From: Fimbriosthenelais zetlandica
Taxonomy: Eukaryota
Length of the DNA: 64,000 nucleotides
Direction of reading: 5' to 3'
NCBI GenBank assembly: GCA_977030845.1
Contig: OZ365111.1
Span: forward strand, 12,152,001 to 12,216,000
The notes beneath the pieces are model-generated. The model was not told the DNA's origin. It made no database searches and saw only the letters and a list, made by a program, of their open reading frames with translations. Of the stretch, positions 32,301-47,300 are shown piece by piece; the stretch's first letter is position 1; every line of letters starts with the position of its first letter. Made by a program: the position numbers and the translations under genes.

Positions 32301-35300
32301 GTTTTCTAGAATTAAAATATTTAAATGTAATTTAAAAATTACATTTAAATATTATAACTAAAATATTTAAATGTAATTTAAAAATTACATTTACAGATTA
32401 TAATTGTAGAAATTATGTTTCCTCATGTCTCCAGTCGTTATGTTTAGTCATGTGAGAGAAAAGATCCACCCTATCTGTTATCTCATTTGTGCCCACTCAA
32501 GCCACTGAACGTCTCCTGGCTACATAGGAATTTAGGTTAACTTTAGACTTTATAAAACACGGCCCTTTAGGTGATTTATAACTGCATAATATTATACGTG
32601 ATATAAATTGTGAAAATTGGCTATATTCTCCCTTAAAATGTTTTTCATTAATTAATTCAATATTTCTAATATTGCGACATGTCCCATTGACAAAATTTGC
32701 ACATGTTATAACTGATTTACTTTATCAAAGATGTTTTCTTCCTAATAAAAATTATAATTAATACAATATTTCTCGTTTTATAGGACGTTCTGCAACAGTT
32801 CATTGTTATGCGACTGCCCAACATTGCCACCATTTGCAGGGACCCAGAATCAGGTAACAGAAATCAATACACTCAACAAACCCTGCTGAATATATATTAT
32901 GAATACATATTATGTCAATATTATATCACCTGTTCTAGGGGGCCTGCATATTTAATTATCACTGAACAATACTTGGTAAATTATCTAAAAACCTCTCAAC
33001 GGATTTGATGAAAAATACTTGTTGTCAATAAATGTGTATACCCTCCAAATCGAGCCAGTCAAGCCTGACTGGAGCCATTAGAGGGATCTTGCAGCAGGTC
33101 TACATGTGTAGTACACTTGTTGTAAAGCTGGCATTATGTTAAGCCATATACATGCCTTGCGCTTATAAGAGCAGCTTATGTATACTGAAGCCTGTGACCA
33201 ATGAAGCATAGTGCCTCTCAGGCACAGGCTATTAACCTGATCAGGCAGAGATCAAAAGCTTGAGCCCCGCCCCCCCACCCCAATGCTACATTGAGTCCCC
33301 CCATGCTATAACATACAACAATATCTTTTCTCATAACAAATACCAATGTGTACCATCAATGCTGGCAATTTTTGTTTATCAGAAAGAAGTAGTTTATTAA
33401 TTATGTGGTTCGCCTTTTTCCCCTTTTTTATTTAGCTCACTTCTTACATGCACAAAGTTGATTTTCATGGAGAAGCTTAAGAAACTATTATGCCACAATC
33501 ATATCAAATTAAGAAACTATTACTGCAATATATATACCAAGTTTCTTTAGGTCTCAATTTTTTTTAAAGTTGCCTCATACCTAATATATCATAGGCAAGT
33601 TCGTTTGAAAAGTATAGATTATCATGATTTGTACATAATTTACAGCTGAAGTCGTGACGGACATGTTGAATGATAACTATCTCCATACATTTACATGGTT
33701 AATTTATGACCTATAATAGCATATGAATTCAAACTATCAGTTCTTCCAGTCATATTCGACTCTTCAATACTAGAGAAATCCCTCAGTGTCCTAGCGCTTC
33801 AGTGATCAGCCTAACCACCTGTCCTTTGGGGACCTTTACCTGTTGGCTTTGTCACCTAAATCTCCGTTGACTCCCGGGATGATCTTTCCCTCACCTCACC
33901 TAGTAAGGTCTTTCTCACCCGCCTTTCCTATCTCTTATAACCCCCTCGAGGCACAGTTCCTCAGAAATCAAAGCCTGATAAATATATACAGAGGTTTTAT
34001 ATCTTGTAAGCGTAGTGCATTAGTCAGGTATTTGCCAATAGCGCAGACAGGTTTACAGGGACTACCTGGTTCCTGAACCTAGAGAGAAGAATGGAGGGTT
34101 CTGTTAATAACCTCTCAGGAAGAGAAGTGGAAAAGGTACCTTGTTCCATCCGACAACAAAGGTACCATTGTGATTTTGAAAATCGTGTTTTTAAAAAAGG
34201 TTCTGGTCTTCATGTTTGGAGCTGAATATAGAGAAAGAACATAACATATTTTTTAAATGTTTGACTCTTTTGGCAGAATATTTTTCGGTAAATTATGGAA
34301 GATTAGATTTTTAATTTCTGTCTTCATACCACTTCTGGGAAATTGCCCATGGATATTGCACGGAGAACATTGTCATTCTAGCTCATTACATAACACTAAA
34401 CATTATCAATTCATGCTATTATGAATTTCCATGCTTAACATGTGCATCAGTTTATCGTAGAATAATAAGCTGAATTAACATACCATTTGATTTAATATTC
34501 AACTGGACCGTGTGCCCCAATTTAATATTAGCTTGGCGCTAGAAGTATAATTATCTCGAGAATTTTACAATTATATTTGGCTATCATAATGTACTAGGAG
34601 CTAAACATAGTGGTCCCCTTATTGAACCTCTAACATTTGCATGCTGAAGTAGCAATTAAATTCACACGTGTTTTTGTTTTGGCACGGTGTGATTGGACTG
34701 GTTCGAGTGAACGAGCAACCTGTTAACTGTGGAAAAAGTTAATTTACTCCACATGGCTACTCGGTGAATGAGTGGAAGAGAAAATTAGCGGGGGAAGAAA
34801 TTTCAAGTCTCTTTTAACTCATTTGATGCTGTTTCATCTAGTTCTGTGGATCTATTTTATTCAAGTACTTGATCTTCCTAGAAATGTTCCCAGAGATCTG
34901 TCCCTTTCAAGACTGATCCTTGTCACTAAGGATCATGACCCCACCTTAGGCCTGCTCCCCCAGGTCAGCAGCCTCAGCTTCCCTGTTCCCTAGGGAAGTC
35001 CACCTCACAGAATAATGCCCCAGTGTTTTCCTATCAAAACTCCAATCAGTGCTTTGATATCAAAAATACACACTCAGTATCCTCTGACAGATTTATTTAG
35101 AAATTAATTAGGATCTCTGAGTTATGGATTACAGATTATTATGAAGTCCTCTGAGGTGTCCAGACGTGCAGATTAATGTTAGATTTACATTAGAAAGCTG
35201 ACATTAATCTGCTACTAGAAGACAGTGACATGATCCGAGCTGTCATCTCATCATCTGCTCATTAAACCATCACCATGTATGATGTTAATGGTCACTTGAT

Positions 35301-38300
35301 TATTGCATGATAAACCTCATCATTGTAAAACCAGATAACCCCAGGCTGTGTGTGTTTTTCTCCTCAACCAGACACAGTTTCCTGGTTGTCTCAATGAAGA
35401 CCGATATTAAAATAATTGAAAAAGTTCAATATTTAGACTGTTTGGTTCAATGGGTGTCGTGGAAAATGTATGAAAAAGTTCATTATTTAGACTGTTTGGT
35501 TCAAAGTCCAGACATATTGGCAATAACATTTAGCAGGTGGTTATGACCTGGGAAAGGTCTTATTGTTTGTTCGATGACAATATTTCCTCACTTTCATATT
35601 AAAATGACATGCCTTACTCAATCAATTTTCATATTTTTCAGAAAAAGCCAGACAACAACTCCTAAAGGTGCTACTGCTCGTGCTGGGATGTGCCGTCCAG
35701 TGCGAGCGGAAGGAGGAATTCATTGGAAACATAAAGATTTTAGACATTGGGATCCAGCATGCTATTGTAGAAAACATCCAAGAGGTTAGTCTTATTCTAG
35801 TGTTACATTTCCTACAGAGGTTTCATTCTTGTCTTTTTTCTCCCGCTGCTTACAGTATTGTATTACTAGTGTATATACCACTAATCCGATTCTCCATCCG
35901 GCTCCATCCGATAGCTTTCTATTCACACAAAGTACTTGTAATTGAACAGTCTTTACACATAGGTAAGGATAACCACTGACACAATTTCAATCATTAAATG
36001 TCTTTAGAAATGGGGAATCGGATGGCGACTGATGGGAGAATCGGACCAATGTACTCCCGCCTTATCTTGGGAATCTCCTTGTGGCACAGGCCGCAATAGT
36101 GTTGGTAAAAGGGACCAGCAATGACAGACATGTTACATACAACAATGCTATCCTAACACGCTATAAAAAAGCATCTGCTCCTGCTCATATCGTTCTATAC
36201 ATTCCCTCTAGAAATTATACCCCCTGTCTAGACATTAATATTTGCTATTTTTAAAATTTTTCTCTTGAAAGAAGCATGAGACTCGTATAAGAAATCGACC
36301 TTTTCTGGAATGATTTAAGGAGAAAGACCTGTCTTTTCGTTGAGTTAGGTAAGAGAGAGCTCCAAACCCCTGTTGCCTATTTGTCATGGTAACCAGAACG
36401 TGATGAACAGTTCCACGTGTTTCCCCCTTTTTCTGGTCGCAGGAATCTGATTGTCTTTTTAGTAGAGATGTGTTTATCCCAGGGCCTGTCAGAAGTGTTG
36501 GTGCTACTCGGTCTCGGGGGAAAACTTGCTAAAAAGCCCTCAGACATGTGAAGTTATTTTAATAGACTGTATCCTATAAATTATCTCTCAAGGGGACGTA
36601 GTGTATATTCGTGGGAAAGTGCTACGGCCCTCTATATTTGGAAAGAGACATTACAAAAAATATTATGTCTCAAGATGCTCAGCACATATTTGTCTGATTC
36701 CAGAGTTTTCTTCTCACATTTTCAGAATATCTTTGAACTTGAAAACTGATTGAGACCACCTGGAACTTACACTAGTTGTCTGACACTGTGATTTGCCAGT
36801 GCTCCTTCACTCTCCCTCTTTATCGACATCTGAGATATCATTTAAAGTTCTTGGGATTTAAAGACAAAAAATGTTCTGGATTTGGCACACGATTGTTCTG
36901 CGTGTAGCAGGTTGAGGGTCTAAAGTACTCGAGTGAAATAAACATTCTGCCAGCGTTAAGATGGTCTGGTTAAGGGGACTGGGAGCTGAGTGGCTCAAGC
37001 TATATTATAGTGGTGGTAATGTTAGGGTACCAGCTCGAGGCCCTGCTCTGGGTCAGAGGACCAAGTGCTGGTGCCAAGTGGCATGAGCGCAAAAACTTGT
37101 CTTATTTTGAAGTTGGCAACAATTCCTTTGCCCACTTATGACTTTTGTCATCAGCCACCGAAACCCTTGCCCTGTAAATGGAGAATTTTTGCATCATTCC
37201 TGATACGAAACTGTGTCCCTGCCATGTGTTTTGAACACGTTATCCGTGCTATGCTCACGTCGGATCCAAGCTAGTTGATTCCAACTTAGAGTAAAATGAT
37301 TGATCATTTTACTCTAAGATTCCAACCACAGCTCTCTGAGACCAGCGAGTACATAGTACAAAATGTAATTTTTTAAGCATAAGGGAAAACATTCACAGTT
37401 GAATATGGGTGAACATTATTAAATGTGAAAGAAATCTAGATTTAATATAATGTTCGGAAAGTCAATAAAAGACTGTTGAATGATGCGTGAGAGGAGAGAG
37501 TTGAAGATGGCTGAGCCCCAGCCTGTATAGACTGGGACAGGTTTATGTGGTTGGGTGACAGGCAATGAAGTGGAAAGTCAGGGCTCCCCGGGAGGTCCTT
37601 CCCCTCATGTCAGGGCCTGGGTAAGTGACCTTACCCCTCACAAAAAATAGATCCAACTAAAAATAGCTGCATGTCATCTAACCCTTCTGAAACCCTTCAA
37701 TGGAAAAGCCCCTGAAGTCTGATGTAAGCCTTGGGGGGAAACCTTTCATGTTTAATACCTAAGGTGGCGAATTTCTCGGTTTTTCTCCCAAATGTTTTGC
37801 CACATGTGGACAGTGTATGTGTGGGTAATTTGTACCAATTTAAAGCTTGACACCATTGATGGGACCTCCTGAGCCTGAGGGCTTTAAGGGTCATGGCTGA
37901 CCATGTGATTCTTATCTAAGGGCGGGTCTGTCCACCCTGATTAAGACATGGCTGTCAGGTGACATTTGTTGGTCATTTATTTTCGGACAGATATGCAATC
38001 AGGGTCATTCTATAGTGCATTCTTCGTGTCATATAATTTGTTAACCCCCAGTCAAAATTAGACAATTAAAGAGAATACCAACAGAAATCTTATTTAGCAA
38101 GGGGTATTATTCAAGACCGGAATATAAATTACTTATATGCTTTCTCATAGAAACTGACAGGGATTGTATAAATTCGTTGCATCTTTGCATAAAAAACTAA
38201 ATTCAAAAAGAAAAGGTAGCAGAGGAAGCAGCTGGACGTTTGATGTGCATGCCTCACTACAGCTCAGTGGCACCACCTGGCGTGTGAATGATCAAGCTCG

Positions 38301-41300
38301 CCAGGTGGCATTAGCAGTCACTATCAATATCTCTACTAGTTCACTAACAGCCCACTTGTGGGCGTTAGTGTATTGCTTCCCCCTGATGAGCTAATGCTGA
38401 CCCATGGCATAAAACTTTTGACTGGGAGTTCTAGTGGAACCCCCTGAGGTTTACCCCTGATAAGCCCGATCAAGAGTGATTAACAAAATGACCTGTTAAA
38501 CGCAAACTGTCAGCTGGGGGAACTGCCTGTGTGGGGCTCATCGACTGAGTCAGTTTCGGAATAATTTTTGGAAGATAAAATCCATGATTTGCAGCTCAAA
38601 TCGTAAGACTTTGCTGCTGGATATTTCTTTCATTTATGCGTCATGTCCATAAATACATAAGATGAATTATTCTAAGTGTCAAGGAGCGCAGGAAAATAAT
38701 TGTATCCATCTTGAGGTTTTAGATTACTTTATCAAGGTGTACTTTTAAATTGTATCTGTTTGGTGTACACAAATTGACAATATTTTATGACTGAAACTTT
38801 TCCTAGATAAGCCAGACTCCATTGCTTCTAGCCTCTGACCCTTTCTGTATAAATCTGTCCAATAATGAGTGGGGACGAGCTGCTCCCGAGGGGTTCTGGT
38901 TTAGTCAGAAAATACCAAGAGATCCTGGTACCTCATTCCCTAAGACTTGGTATTTGGGTTACCTACCTATCAGTGGAACTGCTAATGGGGGAAGCTACCT
39001 TGGCACATGTATTCTGATTGAACTGATTGTGTTGCTAATCTATACAATATACGTAACGTCTATCTAAAAATCTGCCGAAGCCTCTACTGAGATATAGTCA
39101 GTTATTGGGCCTTATGCTAATGTACCCCAGAAAAACACATACCATATGCCAATGAAAATGGATCTATGTAAACCGATACAATCCCATCCATTCTAAACCT
39201 GAGATTTTAAATTCCCATTTTGGACACCCCTGGGAACTATTAGTTTTGGACAGTTACACTTGAATTAGTTATACCAACCAAGCCATGGCTTGTGGCCAAG
39301 CAATGTTATTGGATCCCGTTTGTTATGCCATTACAGCTGGAGTTAAGCCAAGCTATAGTATTTTTCCTCCTGTACAGATTGTCTTGTGGCCCTGTTAGCC
39401 TTGGCCGAGCTTGAGCGAGGGTCCTATCATAAAAGAAAAACCCAGCTGTCAACTTATGTCTCGCCTCTCAGTTCTCAAGAATCTGTCCCCCTTTGTCACT
39501 CATGTGTGTGATGACTTTTCTTACTGACGTCCTTTTTCCCACGACCAATTTTCGGGACGTATTGTATGTCAGAGCATTTGTGAGGGCTCTCTGCATATAT
39601 CTAAATTGTTAGGCTTAAATGCCCTACTTCTCCCTGCCAAATGGTCAGTCATAGGGTAGAGAAATGACACATACTTGCATGTCTGCTTATATGAGCAAAG
39701 CTCAGGTTGATTTCCAAGGAGGTCTTGTCAATTGATTGATGGTGTCACATATGGACACATGGGAATGATTGATTCTCCTAAAAGTTTCCATTCACTGGAG
39801 CCATACAAATCAAGACTCATGTGGTTTATTCCCACAATATAATATCCATACTTTCAATGCCACAATGATTCTAATTGTTAAATCCGGATCTATAAATTAA
39901 ATATTTGAAAATAGACTGAATTTCACACGTGAAAAATGGGTTAGATTTATAATAAAATTTCAGCATTGTAGGAACTTGCTGAAAATATTGATCAATGATT
40001 TGTTTACCCCTTAGTGACCAAGGCCTTTGGCCTGGAGTGACCACATAGCCTGGGGCTCTGTTCCCCTGGAGGTGCCTCCAGCATGGCCTTTGCTCCAGCA
40101 CCTCTTGAAAGTACACCCCTATCTAACCATGGAGCTGTTTGTGGAATGTGAATATCAGGGAAGTATTCTGGAAATGGGGGAAACTGGAGGGGCCAATTGT
40201 CAAACGCTTTACACACAACCTGGTTTGTGCACTGATATAAATGTCAAGAGACATTCCCCTCCTCTGACCCTAGAAAAGGTGAAAAACACTGATAACCCTC
40301 TTGAAAAAATAGTTCATATTTAATTGGTGTTCAAAGTAAGGGGTGACCGGTCATATTAAAATTTGCAAGTTTTTTCTTTTAAATTTGAGTCCTTTTGGAA
40401 CCAGACCACCAATCCACCCCAAGTCTTAAAGTGTGAAAAACAATGGAATCACGGTAACTGATTATCCACGCATTTTTTTTCTCACAAATTAAAATGGGCC
40501 TCGGACCACCAACTACTGTTTTGAAGGACTTAAATTTAGAAAAAAAAACTTGCCGACTTTTGAGATGGTCTCTAAGTTACCAAACTCTATTCTGAGAGAA
40601 CTCCTCAAAGAAAGCAAATGGATGTAATGTCTTTTGACCTGGATGACTTACAGAGCAGGTCATGGATGTATAGCTGTGAATGACTTACCTCTACCCCGCC
40701 CTCGTTCCTTGCCATTTAATCGCCTCCTCCACCACAACCCACATGTTAAAGATTGGCTTTGAAACCCGAGCTTTTAAACTTAGACTGGTCAGTGGAAAAC
40801 CCATCTAAATCAATTCCAGGACGAAGATGTCTCGTCCGCATGCTCCTATCATTCAAGAACCTTCTGCACCGATTGAGCAGCTCACCTATGCAAACAAAAT
40901 TTAAGTTTTGCTAATGTCTCCCAGGATCTAGAGCTCAACTGATTTATTTTAGTTGATTCTTAAGTAATTGAACATAAATAGCTTGGCAGAAATGTTCGCT
41001 CCAGGAGGAGAATATTTGTCAACTCCATCCCAGATTTTTTCCTGGGGGTTGCTATAGCTCTTACTGCATTATTAGGACAAAGATCAAAAGGGTCAGGTGA
41101 GTACAAGGTAGCGGCACATGTGTTTCAAACAATGGCACGGTCTTCTGGAAACGATAACATTAACAGGGAGTTAGTTATGCGAGGCCATGGTTTCACGTGG
41201 GAATCAAGTTTCAGAGGTATAGGCTAGTTACTGGTAGGGATACGGCCATAACTGCCCGGGGCTATACGTAATAAGTCCAGAACTTCACTAGGGCTCTATT

Positions 41301-44300
41301 TTCACCATACCATATCCCTTACAGAAAGGTATTCACAAATTATTCAAAAACTGATTGTCATCCACTATGAATTCAATTTGGAAAAATGATTATTTTCAGG
41401 TACATTGATTGAGCTTGATCTTCCAAGTTTAATATTAAATTCTCATCGAGCCGTATAAATTTATTAGCTCTGCTCTGCTCTGATTTTGCGGCGTATAGAT
41501 TTATTAGCTCTCTTTGCATCAAATGAATAGGCATTAATTCAGTTTGATGGTGTATTTTTTCCCTGATGGTATAATTCTGAGAGCAGTTATGACAGGCATT
41601 AACATTGAGTAATGGCAGGTACCTGTGGATCACATACTTCACATGAGCAGTACCGATCACTGGGATACCTGGCCGTGACATCTCTATATACCATAAACAC
41701 TGCCACTATTAGACCTGCCCATGTCTTTGATATTCATTTTTAGAAAACCATATATGCTTCAATTGACCATAGATGCGCTTTTTGAAATTATAATTTGGTT
41801 TGATGTTGAGGGCCCGTCTATGGTATGTTTTTGTGATTCGCAAAAAGCCCTCAGGCATTTATATGAATGCATACGGTATAGGAAGCGTGCCTCATGTGGC
41901 TTGCTTCCCACTCCCCTCACTCACTCACTCACTCATTGTGGCTGAGACCGGCTTTGCACTCGGTTGTGGGATTCATTCACGCACTGTTGGCCCTGCCTTC
42001 CACCTCTCTCTATATCTCCTCAGTGGATTTTACCCCAGGATATTAAGTCAGGACCCCGGAAGGGCTAGTATAAAAGTCCGGCTTGTGATCCTTCTAGGAA
42101 TCAGATGGGGTAATGGTAGGAGAGGGTGGGAACTTCTCCCACCACTTTCAGCCTTCATTGGAGCTACCCTGAGCCCCTCACATGTGGAATGGCCGGGTGG
42201 AAATAGTTACAGCTTGGAAGAGAACTTTTAAGACTTTGAGTGCAACACTCATAATTCATACATAGGCCTGTTAGACGAACTGGGAACCATTCCCATTTTG
42301 CCAGACCTACCATTGGGTAGACAGAGTATCCATGGTATGGAGTAAGGGCTGGTTATACGAAGCTAAGGTATTAGTGGACACAAAACATACGCCCATCTTG
42401 ACCACATCAGCCTGGAGTCTGCCCTTATGTCCAGCCCTGCTTACTGACCATCAGACTGGAACCCAACCCCCTTCCACATGTATATTTATGTTTACACCCG
42501 AGAAGGACTGGGCCTGCTCCTCACTGGTTTGTTTTAACTCCTCCGGCGGTTCATTTGGAAACCCAAGTTGTGAAGATATCAATCAATACCAAGTGTGATA
42601 GACAAACATTTACATTGGAGTTTTCATTATATGCCTTTCACTGGAAGAGAGCGGGAGGAAATTTAATTCTGATTTGTCAACAGTGTGGGGAATATAGAGC
42701 AGGGCTGTTTTACTTTAGCTGGAGATCTTATCTCTCCAGTCTTCCCTACTCAGTACTCACACCTTCTCCATGCCTTGGGGAGATGCAGGTGTCTGCCATA
42801 TTATAACCATTAACATATGACAATCATAGGCTTCTCTTACATTCATTCATACAACAATTTTGCCATCCGGATGCCATGAGGTTTCCTCAGAATTGAAACC
42901 AACAGATAAGCCAGAAGTTTGGTACATGGTTGTGGATATTACTGCTTCTGCATCAAATCCAATTTTGGGATATTTTTAAACCAAAAAGCCATGGCTTTAC
43001 TTTCGCCATCCGAACCAGGAATGTCTATTATCCATTTCGCCTGGGTAAGTGAATTATTGAATACATTCTTATAATTTCCATAAATAATGAAATGATCATA
43101 TGAATTCATTTGCTTATCGAAGAGAGAAACCAAAGTATCTGCTGAATATCAATGTACTTGTTAGTATTCGCTAATACATGTATTTCAATGTCAATTCAGT
43201 GTAAATGAATAAATCAAATCTGTCCATGATAGGCTTAGCCATGTCTTTTTCTGTAGCTTTCTATAACATACTTGTGCCAGTGTCATCATCACCCACCACC
43301 CCTCCAACTTGTTCTCTCAGCAGGCCTCAGATAGCAGCAATGACTGACATAGTCCATATCTCCCATCATCAACATACTATCTATCCATCATCTGAGAATG
43401 GTACACTATACATTTCCCATCCAGACTATTTCTGTACTTTACCCCCTGATATGTTCATAGATTGGAGGCCACCTTTTGTCTGACCTCCAGATACAGGGAA
43501 ATGAGCAGTAAATGAGTCACTCGCGAGCTCTATATAAAATCTCACCATGTTACGAGATAATGGTACGGTGTCATTTGAAAAAATTGTAATCATATCCATC
43601 ATATATTTACTGGCACGGGAAGGATCAAATTTGATCCATTGATAATGTCCAACCATAGCTAGAAAGCTTGAAAACTCTGTACCGGTAACTGTTTTGTCAG
43701 TCTCCTAAAAAATCTGAATGATATATTTGGTGACTCACTGATCATTGGTATAGACAGACCGAAAAGTCTAGGTTATAACTTATATAGACCTTCTTTCCTT
43801 ACTTCAAATAGGCCCCTTTCCCTTATAGTCATAATGAATATAGTTAGTCGTACTGAGCCTGGATCTCCCCATCTACTTCCTGTAAAAGCGCGGTTTGTTA
43901 TCACTTATGGAAAGTCTGTGTTTAAAGCTCCCAGCTCCCAGACACTCTCCACATTATAAAAGGAGTCAATTTGTCCACATTTAATACCCTCCAACTTTAT
44001 TTGAACTTCTCCCAGAGGACATGAAAAAACATTACATTAGAGAAAGTCTGATGGTATTGAAACCAAAAAAAAACAAGAGTGAAGGTCTGATGGAATTGAA
44101 ACAGAAAAAATCTGATTGGAATGACACATGACCAGGATGTTATAAATTGGATTTTTTTAAATGAACTGATCTGGTTTAATGTGTCCAACCATTTGTAATG
44201 GATCTATTAGGTGTAGGGTTCTATTTTAAGCCTGTGGGGTCCAGGCTTTGTTCCACTTGAGGTCCTGTTTGGTTTGTCAAATATGTAGAATTCTTGTGAG

Positions 44301-47300
44301 AGTAAAGTTTACGTGAATCAATCCAGTGATTGTCACGCCTTTTGTGACATGGCAACATCGCTTTCCATTTCAAGTCTCGGGAAAACAGATCAAGGCTCTT
44401 AAATCTCTTTAAGAAACTTGTCACAACACAGTAAAACAGCGCTACTGAATGTATTACATTCATCCCGTGCCCAGGACTCGCTGAAAGATGGGCCTAAACA
44501 TCTTGTCAGACCTTGTTTACAAGCCATTTTATTTCCACTTACATTTCTATTATGGCATCCCGCCTTATATTAAAAAAAATAATATCAGACTTTCTCCGCT
44601 TTTTCCCAGAAAGTCTCATTTTGTATCCTGCTCCCATGGCTAATTCCTATGACCATTTTTGCTCGCTGTGCTTTCAGTAAAATGCCCTCTGTCATCTCTG
44701 ATTTGCCTCTGGCCCTCGTGAAATATGTGCCAACTGTTTTTGTTTGGTATTGTTGGATGTTTTACGACTAAGGGACCAGAGTGTCGTTGCAGCATCCCTT
44801 TCTCACATTGTCTGGGGTCTCTAAGTTTTCCATTGAACAACATCAGCTTTAATTTAGCAGACATTGCCATTCCAGCACGTCTTCCATTGTATCGGTTTCA
44901 ATGAAGGGACTCAAATATTTTTCTGTCTAAAAGCTGAGGACATTATGAAAATGATACATAATATTATATGGAGATTTTTTGCTGGGTGTTGGCCGCACAA
45001 CGTCCGAGCCCATTAGCATCCCAATTTGTGCTAAAAAAATATTCACGGTTCTAAACTTGATGTAATTGGTGTCCTTGATATTTCTCAGAGTCCTTCAAAA
45101 TCCATCCCCGCTGGAAGGGTGCAATGCCATTATATTTGTACGATGTACATAGATCTATTTTAATACCAAGCTGTTCCATTGTGATTGAAAGAAGCCAAAT
45201 ACTTAAAAAGTTAATTCCCGGGACCAAATGATTAAAAATAGGCGAAATTCGATTCCAGTTAAATGGTAGAATATAGTGAGCACCTCGTGCCATTTTGCAG
45301 TCAGTGTCAGGTATGCATGTTTCTGGCTTCCTATTTACATTAGCACAGCCGCATGGGGTTTCTCCCATTCAGGATTCATAATTTTGCCTCAGGTAAGAAC
45401 CCGATAACTCTGTATTTTGCTCGCGTTTCAGCTCACAACTCGTTTCCCTTTCTACCTAGATTTTCCCCTTTGATGTTTTACTGCCATACATTGTTTTTTT
45501 GCCCCGTGAATTTGGATTAAGCTGGATGCCATGATGGAGACAGACTACACATGTTGTAAGCTTATCCCGTGCTGACATAAGCTGCATTCCTCCCTCACCC
45601 CTCATCCATCTTATCCCACACGCTATAAATATGATAACATGGGCCTACATGTGGATCATCTGGTGGAATTATCAATTTGATCTTTCAAATTGACACTTTC
45701 CCCGCAGCATTACTTTGCTCTTACGAGATTAAATTTCCAGGCGAATGATTTATGGTACAAAATACACACAGTGGTACCTTTGATAAAAGTTGAATCTTTT
45801 CCCACTTAACCGTATCAGTAATGTTATCTTTATAGAGTGAAGGATTCAGTGAATGGAATGTCAGGTATTAGCCCTGATTCCTTGGGTCACTATCAGGCCA
45901 CCTTTGCTCAGTCAAACCCGACCATCTCATGAGATGACATCTGAAAGAGCAGCTCAGACCTGATACACGTGCTGCCACGTGCAATACCTGTAACTGGCCT
46001 TCTGTTAGAAGAAGCTTAAACATTTTTAAATGGACGTACAGTCAGTTTGAAACACATTAGGTTCAGTGATATCCTTTTGGAGCCAATGTTGAATCAAAAG
46101 TCTTCATTTGATTCACTCATTTGATTCAATCGTGCATTTCGCGAAATTATGTTTTTTTCTGTGCTTAATCTAATAAAAAATCAGAATATTGAAGCATTAG
46201 CAATCTGGATGAAGTATTTCTAGTTGTCAATAGGGAAATTATAGGCATCAGACAGCAGCCAGTCTCTGCCTGCTCTACAGGAGGTTAAAATATCAGATTC
46301 TGGCCCTGTCATGCTGGTTCTGCTAATTTCTGAACCTTTGATGTACGTTCAATCCCTATGGGAGGCAGTGGAGAAGGCAAGGTCATGGGTCAGACATGCA
46401 GCAGTGATGGAGGTGCAGGGAAGAAGCGGATCACTACATGACTGATATGTCAGTATAGGAGGTCCACCCCTCACTACATGCATGCTGCTTGTACAAGGAA
46501 TGGGGGGCCTGTCCATCCTGTCCAAGATAAACATTTTCGGACCTCTAGAGTTGGCTTTGGCAGTTTATCTATTTTGATTTTTCTTATTGGATGCCCACAG
46601 GTGCGTTTTTAAACTACTTGAATCATTTTCACCTGGATATGCAAGTTTCCCTAATTTCCCTGGTATCGCATCGCATTTTGCGACGCAATTTGGCATCGCA
46701 ATTTTTGCGATACATGTTATCTGCATTCTTCAGGTGGCAAATGAAAAATCGCTATGCAAAATCAAATTGATTAGTAAAAATTGCTATGCAACCAACTATT
46801 CCCTGGGATGGATACAAAGCCAGAGGTGAGGGAGAATGGGGAAAGCTGGTCATCCTGCCAGCCATAGCATGAGAGGATACCAGCAACTGAACTTAGGTTA
46901 AAAACAAAATCATTTAGTGACAATTAAATGAAGTTATTTCCGCATGCAAACAGTCCTAATAGTGTTTACTGGTGATTAATGAATTTATAATTGCTTGTAA
47001 TTAACATGTTTGCATGTTTGACCCCTTTGGGAGGTCAATGACAGGACCATGTTCTGATATAATGGTCATTGTGCCTACCGTATTCATAGTAGGGTACATA
47101 TTCTATATGCTGGCCACGCTCTTCCGCGAATTTCAGAAATGTTAACTGGTTGGAGGAATGCTCCAAATAGGACCATTGGAGCAAAAACATCTGCTCTGTC
47201 CCCTAAAGGCTATAATTTAGGCACAATTGTACTGAATTTAGTGAATTTATTAACCTATTATGGAAAGGTACTGGGAATTTGCAAAGTGGGCTAACTGGCT

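Noticed and set aside
34679-34710. tRNA/SINE A- and B-box-like pair (TGGCACGGTG...GGTTCGAG)
   Set aside because: The boxes are too close, the B-box is incomplete, and there is no cloverleaf.
35417-35504. Short direct duplication (34 bp, period 54), similar to one at 44050-44110
   Set aside because: Ordinary local duplication with no further structure.
46633-46804. Possible degenerate relative of the CAGGGATGCAAGTT MITE, with faint similarity to 51290-51420
   Set aside because: The putative TIRs have several mismatches and indels and there is no TSD; it cannot be supported without alignment statistics.
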